Assembly (NCBI GenBank): GCA_051294375.1
Contig: CM119268.1
Location: forward strand, 9,042,721 to 9,106,720
From: Paraspadella gotoi
Lineage: Eukaryota > Animalia > Chaetognatha
Reading direction: 5' to 3'
DNA length: 64,000 bases
The notes under the pieces are model-generated. The model made no database searches, was not told the DNA's origin, and worked only from the letters and a program-made list of their open reading frames with translations. Position 1 is the stretch's first letter; every line of letters begins with the position of its first letter. Of this stretch, positions 26,396-37,581 are shown piece after piece. The position numbers and the translations under genes are program-made.

Positions 26396-27670
26396 CTCTC
26401 TCTCTCTCGCCTGGTTTCGTTCCTCGAAAATCTGTTGCCTGATGTTGTTGTTGCAACTTTCAACTGCTGCCTAACGAATTCATGTCCAGAGCAACAGTCC
26501 AAACTCCTGCATCGCTTCCGCGTGTTAGACTTGCGTTTCTTGGTTCTTCGTTCCTCTTTCACCGACTCTTCGCGGGGCGTTTTCCCTTTTACCGAGCCGC
26601 TAGCGTCGAGAATGCCATTCATCCAGAGAATCGACGCTCCGGCCGCCGCCTCCCCGCCCCCGACTAGCGCTCTGCTTTCCCTCCATCAACATCTTTCGAA
26701 TCCTCGTCAATCTGCCGCTTGGCCGCATCCGGCTCCCAGATCCTCGTCGGCGAGCATCTCGAGGATCAGCATCTTCCACCATTTTCAGCTATCATCTTGC
26801 AGTCGCGTTCCTCCTGCGCTCCGCCGCTGCTCCGTCGCTGCTTTTCTGCTCCTGTTGTCTTCCCTGCTCTTCTATCTTCTTCTCTTCCTCTCTCCTTCCC
26901 TTCTCTCCCTCTCTTCCTCTCTCTCCCTCCTCTCTCCTCTCTTCCTCTCTCTCCTCCTCTCCCTCTCTCCTCTCTCTCCCTCCATCTCCCTCTCTCTCCT
27001 TCCCACTCCCTCTACTCCGCCGAGACTCTCCGGAGGCGACCTCGTCTTCAAACCTCTCGTCGTCCTTTTCGTCGTCGTTTTCATCCGCGTCTCCCGAAGC
27101 GCCCTCGCGGCTTCGAGCGCTCTCATCGCCTCGAACGCCGTCAGCGATTTCGTCGTCTTCCTATTCTCGTCGTCTCGTCGACGTCATCTCTATCGTCGTT
27201 GTCCGTAAGTCTTCGACAGAGTTTATTCGGGCTTCAATCATTTCCGCGAAATCCTTCAACGCGCGCGGAAGTTGTTGGTGTCTTGTCGAGATTTCTTGCG
27301 GGCAGCGTACACTTCTTCGTGAATAAAAGAGAGATCGTCAATGTCTCGGTTGCACATTGTATTACTATTTATAATTAAGTTAATTCTCACCTAAGTCAGA
27401 TTTAATGCTACGCCGCCCTTCCGTTACAATCCGTTTCGTTCCATCCTCTCCCTGACGTCAGTCATCAACCTCCTCCTCTCTCCTCGTCGCCAGCTCGTTT
27501 CGAGTTTCCAAACATCGAATCCGCCAACGATGGGCCGCATTTTTGCTTCGTCGTTGCGAGCTTTCACTCGACGAATGAGATACTCTCCCTCCTTTTATGA
27601 TTTCTTCTTCCTCCTCTTCTTTTCTTCCTTTCCTCTTCTGCTACTTCCCTTCTTTTCTTCATCTCTCTGC
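24960..27670 (-). pseudogene. 5'-truncated, frameshifted duplicate of the 3' exons of the acidic-protein gene
   Basis: Colinear with 35140-37860; cut inside an exon at the duplication junction. Confidence 0.7.
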
Positions 27671-28489
27671 TGTTTGTGAGGAGAAGTGGGAGCAGACGAT
27701 TGGCAAAGGAGAGAGGCTGGAGGTGCAGACGATTGGCGAACGTGAGGGAATTTGAGATGGTCAGAGCCACTGCAGGGATTTTAGACCGGAAATACGAAGT
27801 TAGGCGTGGGATATTATTCAGGCGGTTAAATTCCGTTTCGAATTTTTGGAAACTATGGTTTTTTTGTTTTTTTATTTATTTATTTTATTTTAAGAATTGT
27901 ATGCATTTTTATGTATATACTGACTCACGACAGTTTCTTTTTTTAATCTCTCACTCTCAAAATTTTTTTCTTCATTTTCTTTTCTAATAAATAATTTGTT
28001 AGTTAAATTAGTTCATTTTTTTCATCTTTTTACCGTTTGATCTTTCACAAAAGCTTATTCAACTCACAAACTTACGACCAGCATCGGGCCGACTCCTCAC
28101 GCACCCTTTTCACGTTCTTTCCAGTGATTCGCTGTGAGAATCTCACCCAAATATCATCACTAGTTCACCATCGCCTTCACCACCAGGGAATGTTTGGTTC
28201 TTGAACCAAAACATTTTTATCTTCAACGTTTCGAATTTTTACTCTTCTTCCAACCCATTTCTCTCTCTCTCTCTCTCTCTCTNNNNNNNNNNNNNNNNNN
28301 NNNNNNNNNNNNNNNNNNNNNNNNNNNNNNNNNNNNNNNNNNNNTCCTTCTCTATTAGGAGCTAAAGTTGTCAGGTCGACTCATCGCCACGAGGAGTTAT
28401 GATCGCCCCGCAACGGCTTTACGAGTTGCCTTGACAACCGAAGAGATTCTCTCCCTGGAGAAAGAAGAGAAAGAGAGAGGAGGAGAGAG

Positions 28490-28555
<66 letters not shown>

Positions 28556-29721
28556 GGTGGTGGAGAGGAGAGAGAGAGAGAGAGAGAGAGAGCTTGTGCG
28601 ATGCTAAAAGGCGAAAATTGCTTGAGGTCGCCTGCGCGACATTTTTCTTTTTTCCAGACATTTTTTTTTCCTCGCAAGAACCTCAAGGCAAATATCCTCC
28701 GTAGTAAAAAACTCCCTAGAGTATAAATGAAATAATCGCGAAACATTAAATCATTCCGTTTTATTCTTTTTTAAAAAAAAAAAAATATCAACGCTATTCT
28801 TTTTTTTTAGCACAAAAATTTCAATACATCGTCACGAATACCAAAGGAGCCTATCTTACGATACTCAAAGTCCTCCTTTCAACTTACATTCATTTTATAT
28901 TATTTCATTCCAATTTAATTATATCATTCGTCCTCAACCTGAGGTTTCATAATATTTCCCCCCCCAAATCCTCCTTCCAAAAAAATTCAATATTTCTATT
29001 GGATTTATTATTTTTCTCTCTCAATTTCCGCTCCCCCTCTTTTCTCTTCTGTCTCCTTTTTCTTTGTCGTCTCGCTCTCTGTCTCGCATCACGAGAGCAA
29101 GACGAAGATCCAAGCGACGACTATTCCGACGATGACGATCATCGACGTTCCACCATCCCCCAGCATCACCTTAGACCTGAACAGAGGGGGGTGGGCGGGG
29201 GGGGGAGTTGAAGGGGTGTTGCGAGAAGATTTTCTCGAGGAGTGTTGATTCGTCAAGTGTGGATGATAGGCGAGGCTAGGAGTCGAAAGGTGTGAGAGCC
29301 GAGAAGTGAGAGAGAGAAAATGGGATAATTTTGTTGAAAAGATGAGTTCTGTGAGAAGATGAGGCGGTCGATGGTTAGGAGACGAGAGAAGTTTGAAGAT
29401 GATTTTGGATCGATCGAAAAATGACTACCGTGTTTATGATATGAGCTGGATGAGTTTTGGAGTCCAGGGTGAAGAAATAAGGTCATCGCTGAGATGAAAC
29501 GAGCCTTTTGAGCGCGACGTGCAGATGTGAGAATGAATTCATGAGCTCATCGTGAAGATAAAGCTTAGTAACTAAGTAAGAGTGAAGATTAGTTGAGGTT
29601 AACGAGAATTCCAGCGCTGAGTGAAAGTAAGAATAAAGAGATAAGCTCAGCGGTAAAGATGAGATAAGATTGGTGAGAATCTTAGCCCAATGTAAACATT
29701 GAATGAATAGTGAAAATGTGA

Positions 29722-29931
29722 AGTAATGATCTCAGCATGAAGAGATGATTTGAGCTCAACCCTTCATCTGTTGAGGTCGGCGCCGGATCGAATCAAGAGA
29801 TGAAGAGATGATCTCAGCATGAAGAGATGATTTTAGCTCAACCCTTCATCGGTTGAGGTCGGCGCTGGATCGAATCAAGAGATGAAGAGATGAGTTGAGC
29901 TCAACTCTCCTTCGGTTGAGTTCGGCGCCGA
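29722..29931. repeat. 63-82-bp minisatellite with a CTCAACC-N7-GGTTGAG hairpin per unit (shorter in copy 1, 19665-19822)
   Basis: Three units of 'gctcaacccttcatcggttgaggtcggcgc(c/t)ggatcgaatcaagagatgaagagatga'. Confidence 0.85.
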
Positions 29932-30012
29932 CAAAAATATATTTCTCGGAAAAATCATTCTGGCGGAAAAGTTTTTGAAGAATCACTCGCGGATTCGTTT
30001 TGACTTTGGTTT

Positions 30013-30090
<78 letters not shown>

Positions 30091-30404
30091 CTCCTTTTCT
30101 TTTACCCCTCCCTAATCCGATTCTCTCTTCGTGTCTGAACCTTAACATTTCACCAATTCCACCTCACCAAAATTAAACGACTCACACACCTCCTCGCCCA
30201 CACGCCTCACAAACCCAGCCGCTCACCCGCTCTCTGGTCGATGTCCGACTCGAAGAATTCGAAGGCAGATTCGACGAAAGTTTTGGGCTTCTCTTCCACC
30301 TCGTCGCCGGCGTAAGGTTCGAAAGGTTCGAAGACACTTGATTGTAGAGACTGTGGATTCGAGTGTGGATCGAGATGGGTGGACGGGGAGTTTGAGACGC
30401 TCGC

Positions 30405-30682
30405 TTTTTAGCAGGAGATCTCGACTCTATAATTCGCTTTGTCGGTCCGTCGGCCCCACCCCAAAAGTTTGTCGGTGTGACACTTGTCAGAACATCGAAT
30501 AATGCGAAGATGTCCGTCCGTCCGTCCGTTTGTCGTGGTCAGTGACGAAAAGACATAAAAACAAACATGTCGGATAAAATTAATTAATTAATTAATTAAT
30601 TATTGAACTTGAAATAATTAATTAATTAATGAACTTGAAATAATTAATTAATTAATTAATGCATTGTTTGATCAAACTTGTT
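30405..30682 (+). mobile_element. Short HINE (duplicate of 20284-20553)
   Basis: Same termini; ends GCATTGTTTGATCAAACTTGTT. Confidence 0.75.
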
Positions 30683-31346
30683 TTTTTTTTAATTCTTATT
30701 TATTTCGCATAACTGAAAATTATATTCATAAAATATGTCTTGTTAAAGAGTTTATAATGATTTTTATCTGAATTGAGCCCTGACCTTTTATTTTTGGAAG
30801 GCTCAAATATCTGAATTTGAAGTTTAATTGAATGACTTTGATAATTTTGAATAATTTTGATTAAAGCCTCTAATGGGTTTAATTTTATACATTGAATTTG
30901 AATAACTGGTCTCTCATTGGTTAATAATAACTAGTAGATGTTTTGATTTTATTCTCAAAATGTGAACTCTCCTCTCATTGGTTGTTATAATTTTGTCCTT
31001 GTATATAAAAGGAGAGTAAATTCTTTTTGTATTCAAACGGAAAACGAAAACATAAAACTTGTTATGTTCATCTATCTAAATGACTTACATTTTATAATAA
31101 TACTTTTAGAGTCCAATGGAAAAAGTCTGTTTCGATTACGAGCAAAATACATGAATATTGAATAAGGTATCAGGGTTTCACAAATTATTTTGACTTAATA
31201 ATTTCAATTTTGAGCTCTTTATTTTATTTTCATTTCCTTTTAACTTAGCTATCTCGCACAAATTTTCTCTATCACTTTCACTCTATCCTTTTTTAATTTA
31301 TTATTGTTGGTAATTTATTTCCATTATTTAGTTTAAAAACTTTATC

Positions 31347-31640
31347 TTAGTGTTACATTGCTCAAATGTATTATTTCCCTCTCATTCTCCCTCTCTGTGA
31401 CCATTTTCACTTCTTTTCAAACTTACTCTATCTGTCCTCAACTTACCATGTCCTCAGCTCTAACAATTGTCTTTCTCTATTCTTTGTTGAAAACTCTGAC
31501 CTCTCTCTCTGGCATTTCAAAATCACATTCACAAATGTAAAAATCGCGCTGATGAAGGCTTGCATTAAAGCCGAAACATGCCTTTGTTTTTTATAAATAA
31601 AACATCGTTGTCAAAACAAAACAAACTATATTCGCGAAAC
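31347..31640 (+). mobile_element. Penelope pLTR-like unit with hammerhead core at 31549-31582 (duplicate copy)
   Basis: Core identical to 21415-21448. Confidence 0.7.
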
Positions 31641-32202
31641 TTAATCATATAAAAATCATTATACATTTTTTGTTTTGCCTTTTTGACTTAAATTATATTA
31701 ATTATTATATTTTTAACCATATAAAAATAAAAAAGATATGATTTAGTTTTATAGTAGTAAGTTTTTGATCACTGTTTAAAGAATTTTACATTGACTCTAA
31801 AACTTAAGAGTGAACCATTTAAATTGAATTCAAATAGTAAAATGTAAAAAAATACGGACGGTTATGACGTCGATAAAAAAGTTAATAATGATAAAAACGT
31901 TAAAAAACGCAAAGCAATAGAAAGAATTTAGCCAGTTGCTTTTTTCTCTTTTTAATCAATGGCTCTGATCGATATCTGGACAAGAAGGAGCGAAAGAGTC
32001 GAGTTCATTTTTCAATCACGTGATCGAGATTCTTCGATTTCCATTCATCGACGAGTTTTTGTCATTTCGTCGTTTCGTCCCGATCTGAGTCCGCGAATAA
32101 AAATTGACATCTGGTCGTTTTGAGGACAGTGAACGTCCGGTTCGTATCTCTCTCTCTCTCTCTCTTCTTTTTGTCTCTGTCTCCCGCTTTCTTCTAATTC
32201 TC

Positions 32203-32311
32203 CCAATGGGGTCAAACCTGACCATTGAAGCCCCATTTACCGTCTCTGGCTTCCTCTTCCTTGTTCACCGTCGCCTATAAAAGCCAAGGCCCGACCCTCA
32301 ACATTTCATTC
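32203..32311 (+). promoter_or_regulatory. Pol II core promoter of the 186-aa gene
   Basis: CCAAT, GGTCA-aacc-TGACC (32210-32223), TATAAAAG (32276-32283) and TCATTC Inr (32306-32311) about 30 nt downstream of TATA. Confidence 0.7.
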
Positions 32312-32520
32312 ACTGTTCACAAAATTCTCTCGTTGCTATAAAACTAATGCCAAAATTTTGGGTCTTCTTCCGATGTGCAAACTTTTGAAAGAATTGCTGT
32401 GCTTTCGTTCGCCGCTTTCTTAAAAAAAAAAAAAAACTACGACTCTTTCTCTCTCGTTCTCAAATTTCTGCATCAAACTCGCCTAAAAAAAAACCACAAT
32501 TCGCTCAAAATAAAAAAAAA

Positions 32521-33081
32521 ATGTCTTTCGACCCTTCAACCTTCACTCAACCCGGCCATTTCACTCCCTGCATGGAGGAATTAAACTTATCCTGCGTCCC
32601 TTACCTCCGAGAGCAAAAATTCGTCTTAGCCTTCGAATACGACGCCGATGGAACCCCTCGTCAATGCAGCCAGTGCTTTCCGCTGCCTCTGCCACCGCCG
32701 GGTCACGAGACGGAGGAAGGTTGGACGAAGAAGGTCATCGGAATGTGGATGCCGGGAGAGACGGAAAACGGACAAAGATTCATGAGATATCTGCCAATGC
32801 TCGAGAATTTATGGAATGAGTCCGGGTTTTATCAGAAGGAAACGTGGATGGGCGACTGCAGCCTATTTCATCTCCTGCAGTCGTCGATGACAAAGATTGG
32901 TTTCCCTGGCAAAGGTTGTTACGCCGTTTCCGGGGAGCAGCGAGTCAACTCTAGGGAGAAAAACACTTACGACGGAATCGCCAAAATTATTGTCCACGAA
33001 AATCCTTACGATCGAAATTGTCCCTTTTACGAAAAACGCGCCGCCATGGTGTTTCGGAAGCAAATCGCCCTTATTGATTAA
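32521..33081 (+). CDS. Intronless 186-aa protein of unknown function (globular-looking, Cys/Trp/Pro-containing, no signal peptide)
   Basis: Complex-composition, GC-richer ORF in AT-rich flanks; A-rich context before ATG; TATA/Inr upstream; AATAAA near 33292. I recognise no family. Confidence 0.8.
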   Translation: MSFDPSTFTQPGHFTPCMEELNLSCVPYLREQKFVLAFEYDADGTPRQCSQCFPLPLPPPGHETEEGWTKKVIGMWMPGETENGQRFMRYLPMLENLWNESGFYQKETWMGDCSLFHLLQSSMTKIGFPGKGCYAVSGEQRVNSREKNTYDGIAKIIVHENPYDRNCPFYEKRAAMVFRKQIALID

Positions 33082-35139
33082 ACGATTGAATAATGAAAAA
33101 CGTTTTTTTTATCTTGGTGACAATTTTGGCTCATATCAAACACAACGAACGTGAAAGGAAAACTATCTAACAATATATTGGTAACTTAATCATTTTAAAT
33201 GAGAATTTTTTTTACTCGTAAAAAGCTTACAAACTCTAAACTATGAATTAATTTTTTTTTTTGCCCACAAAATCCTGGAGCAATTATAGTTAATAAATAT
33301 TGAAATATGATCTATATGTATATCTAATTAGTTTTCATCGAAGTTTATAGATGAAATTCTGTTCAAGACTGTGTAAAAGTGATACTATTCGATATTCGTG
33401 ATAATCTTTTTCAATTTTCTCTTCTTTCTATTTTTTTTAATATTTCTATATTTTCTATGCTAATGATTTTCATTGATATACTTAATACTTTTCCAATTTG
33501 CAATGTCCGCAATGATCCTTAATTGTTTGAATTTTATTTTTAGTGCCATTAGTGCAATTTTTCTTGCTCAATACTCATCGTTTAATCGTTTAATCTTCTT
33601 ATTGTCTTAATTGTCAAATTGTCTCTTTTATTTCGGAAAAAAAAAAAAAAAATTAATATTTCTATTGATAGGGACGCTGTAAGAACGCAAAACTTATACT
33701 CATTTTACCAATTTTTTCTCATCCATCCAAATCGCAAATGGCAAAAATTTATCACTTATCATTAGTTCTGAAACACGAAATTCTTTTTTTAAGCTCTTTT
33801 TTCTTTAAGCTCTATCAGAATCCGTTTTTAAAATTCTACATGAATTTTTAAAAAAATTTGTGATTTATAGTAATATGATAAACTATAAACGCTTCTATGG
33901 TGTTAAGTGTTAACTATACATTTAGATCTATCTCCTGCGATGATTCTTAAAATCATAAAATTGTTTTAAATTTTGTTATCTCTGTGTTATAATACAAACC
34001 TTGTTTCGCCTCATCATTTGTGTGCCTTCAAAATTATCTATTTTGACTGTAATGTTGCAATTTTCCCGTTTAAATAAATAAACGACAGTGTATTTGATAA
34101 TAAACGTGGAATTTTTACTTCCAAAGCGTCAGGTAGCTTAGCTTAAGTTAGCTCTCACCATTGAAAATGTTGGAAACGGTTAAAAATTTGTAATTTCCAA
34201 AATGTATATATTTAATCTGGATCTGGATGGAATTTAAACCCCGTCTAAAGATTTTATTTCATCATAATCATAGAAATGAAATGAATAAAATATAAATTGT
34301 AAAGTTATTGTGTTCAATCAGTCTTTTTCAGCCTTGGCTCCAGCTCAAGCAAAAGATTTTTTAAGTCGGATCTGCTTATCTGCTTATCCGTCGGTTCGCC
34401 CTCACAATCTTGTCGGTCATTTACTTATTTCATGTCAGAACATCAAATTATGATAAAATATGTAAAAAAAATTATGTCTATCTGTCTTGTCTGTCTGTCT
34501 GTCCGTCCCACCTTAGCATTAAACTCCAATTAATTTTGGATTGATTAAAATGAAATTTTGTGTGTGGTTAGGAAAGTGTGTGATTGAGCTTGATATAAAG
34601 TTTCGATGGAATCGAGGAGTGTGTTTGTATGGAAAAAAAACCAAAGTCAAGTTGACTTTAATTTTTATTATGCTTACTCATAAATGTTTTAAATTATTTA
34701 TTTATTAATTAATTAAGGTGAAAAAGTGATGCAAGTTAAAAAAAAATAAGCAAGTTCAAAAAATAATAATAGATACAAAAAATATTTTTACTTGTAATTA
34801 TTTCTACCATAGTAACAGTTAATGCTTACATATATAATTTAATATAGAAATAGATATAGAAATACATAAATATCGGCAATTGACCCACGAATCGCCTATA
34901 ATAACAGAGAAAGTCAGGCAGTCACGATTAATGGAAGCCAAAGCCGTATAAGCGAACTGACAGACTAACGAACAAATGGGCCAACTTATGTTGACGGAAT
35001 GACAGTCCGAGCGAGAAATAGCCGTCCGGGCCCGATGAGAGAATAAATAGATTGACCTTCTTGCCGATGGACTGTCTTAAAAAGAAAAACGGCCAGACCG
35101 ACCGACAGACGGATCACTCAAACACTTGGACTCCCTAGT

Positions 35140-35349
35140 CCCTACTTCCCCCCCTCCCCTCATTCCCCCTCAGTGACCAGCATGGGCGAAGAGTCGTCTT
35201 CCCTCAGCAAAGCCTCCACGTCGATGGCTTCGCTGGAGGACTCGACGCGCATCCTGGAGGACGGCTTGGCCCACTTCCCCCATCGGATCTTGTTAAGGAG
35301 TTTCTCCGTCGTCGAGTAAGGCGCTCTGCTCCGTGGAGGTCGAAGAATC
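35140..35349 (-). CDS. Probable last coding exon of the acidic-protein gene (DSSTSTE...; end uncertain because of indels)
   Basis: Acceptor CTCTTAG|GAT at 35350/35349, phase 0, matching the upstream donor. Confidence 0.55.
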
Positions 35350-35437
35350 CTAAGAGGGTTGGTGGGGGTGGGGGGTAACTAAGAGGGTTGTGGGGCGTGG
35401 GGGGTAACTAAGAGGGTTGGTGGGGCGTGGGGGGTAA
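35350..35437. repeat. 3 x 29-30-bp G-rich tandem repeat covering the splice acceptor (duplicate at 25165-25245)
   Basis: CTAAGAGGGTTGGTGGGGCGTGGGGGTAA x3. Confidence 0.9.
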
Positions 35438-35783
35438 TCGTTTGTGCCCCCGCTGTCATTTTACTGACCCTTTTCAATTGAATTGTGAGTGAATGAGTGA
35501 GAAAAAATGACGTCGTTTGTAGCGAAACTTAGACATTTTTTTTGTGATTTCGATTTTTTAACCGAATTTTTAAGGGGAAATGCATTAGACTCTTATTATT
35601 TGTCAAAACTCTGTATTGCATCTCTGCCTAGTGGTCAAGAGATGCGTCCTAACCGCGCTATAGTAACAATTTATGATGCAGCTACACTACACCGACTGCC
35701 ACAAATAGATATTTACTTTCTCTCTCCTTCCTCCATCTCCACCACGCCCACTCAACCACCACCGCCCACCCAATTCTCCTTAC

Positions 35784-36476
35784 CCTCGACATCTTGCTCT
35801 TCAACGGAATATCCGACGTCGTCGTCGTCTGCTTCGTCGTCGCCATCGACGCCGTCATCGACGCCGCCGAGTCTCCGGCCGCGGCCACGCTGGAAGAGGA
35901 ATTTACAAAACCGGCGCCGGATTCGAAGGAATCCTTGGACGGTGTCTCGATGCTCCCGCGACTCGCGGCGTCGCCCATCGGAAGATCGAAGATGTCGACG
36001 CCGGGTTCGCCGACGGAGAAGTATGCTCGGCGTCGTCCCGCGGCGTCCATGGCGCCCGAGGCGGCGTCCATAGCGCCGTCGTCTCCGGCGTCAACGCCCG
36101 CGTCTCGGCGCCTCGACGGAGGCCTCTCAGAGCCGCGCGATTTGGCCATGTTGCGGAGGATCTTCCGCGTCTCGTCCAACTGGTCCACGATGTCCAAAGT
36201 CTCCGACGCCGCCTCCGGGAAGACTGCTGAAGTGTGCAACATCAACTCGTCGAGGCTGCTGAAGACCTCCTCGAGGTCAACGTCTGAGATCGGGCTCCCG
36301 CTGGGCCGAGGTGTGTCGTCCCTCTCGGTAGAGACGGGTGCCGCGGCGGATGCTGCGGTGGGTGCTGCGGCGGTTGCTGCGGGTGTTGCCGCAATTGAGG
36401 CGGTTTCTGTGCAGAGGTTGCTGTTGTTAGAGGAGTTTTTGAAGTCGAGGGAATTGACCGAAAAGTTGGCGGGAAT
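35784..36476 (-). CDS. Internal exon, 231 codons (IPANFSVNSLDF...DIPLKSKMSR)
   Basis: 693 nt, stop-free, phase 0-0; pyrimidine-rich CATCAG acceptor and GTAAG donor. Confidence 0.85.
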
Positions 36477-36528
36477 CTGATGATGGAAAGAATAAAAAGT
36501 AAACGACGTTTTTAATCAACTTCTTTAA

Positions 36529-36601
<73 letters not shown>

Positions 36602-37505
36602 CTGTTTTCGTTCCTCGAAAATCTGTTGCCTTTGATGTTGTTGTTGCAACTTCTCCAACTGCTGCCTAACGAATTCATGTCCAGAGCAACAGTCCAAACT
36701 CCTGCATCGCTTCCGCGTGTAGACTTGCGTTTCTTGGTTCTTCGTTCCTCTTTCACCGACTCTTCCGCGGGGGGCGTTTTCCCTTTTACCGAGCCAGTCG
36801 TCTCGAGAATGCCATTCATCCAGAGAATCGACGCTGCCGCCGCCGCCTCCCCCGCCCCCGACAGCGCTCTGCTTTCCCTCCATCAACATCTTTCGAATCC
36901 TCGTCAATCTCCGCTTGGCCGCATCCGGCTCCAGATCCTCGTCGGCGAGCATCTCGAGGATCAGCATCTCCACCATTTTCAGCATCATCTTGCAGTCGCG
37001 TTCCTCCTGCGCTCCGCCGCTGCTCCGTCGCTGCTTTTCTGCTCCTGTTGTTCTCCCTGCTCTTCTATCTTCTTCTCTTCCTCTCTCCTCCCTTCTCTCC
37101 CTCTCTTCCTCTCTCTCCCTCCTCTCCCTCTCTTCTCTCTCTCCCTCCTCTCCTCTCTTCCTCTCTCTCCCTCCTCTCCCCTCTCTTCCTTCCACTCCCT
37201 CTACTCCGCCGAGACTCTCCGGAGGCGACCCTCGTCTTCAAACCTCTCGTCGTCCTTTTCGTCGTCGTTTTCATCCGCTGTCTCCCGAAGCGCCCTCGCG
37301 GCTTCGAGCGCTCTCATCGCCTCGAACGCCGTCAGCGATTTCGTCGTCTTCCTATTCTCGTCGTCGTCGTCGACGTCATCTCTATCGTCGTTGTCGTAGT
37401 CTTCGACAGAGTTTATTCGGGCATCAATCATTTCCGCGAAATCCTTCAACGCGCGCGGAAGTTGTTGTGTGTCTTGTCGAGATTTCTTGCGGGCAGCGTA
37501 CACTT
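36602..37505 (-). CDS. Internal exon (EVYAARKK...QIFEERKQ) with frameshift error(s) in its GA-rich middle
   Basis: Phase-1 acceptor after a 76-nt GT-AG intron (37581-37506); ends at a CAG|GC donor, phase 0. Confidence 0.75.
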
Positions 37506-37581
37506 CTTCGTGAATAAAAGAGAGATCGTCAATGTCTCGGTTGCACATTGTATTACTATTAATAATTAAGTTAATTCTCAC

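Larger units (their letters stand above)
17718..27670 (+). repeat. ~10-kb tandem duplication, copy 1
   Basis: Colinear with 27678-37860 from 'gacgattggcaaaggagagaggctgg' to 'gatactctccctcctttta'; differences are mostly 1-bp indels. Confidence 0.97.

Noticed and set aside
29750-29935. Ankyrin-like 'LHLLIRSGADLN' on the minus strand
   Set aside because: Followed by TGA, and unit lengths of 63 and 82 bp do not fit a 33-aa repeat or keep frame.
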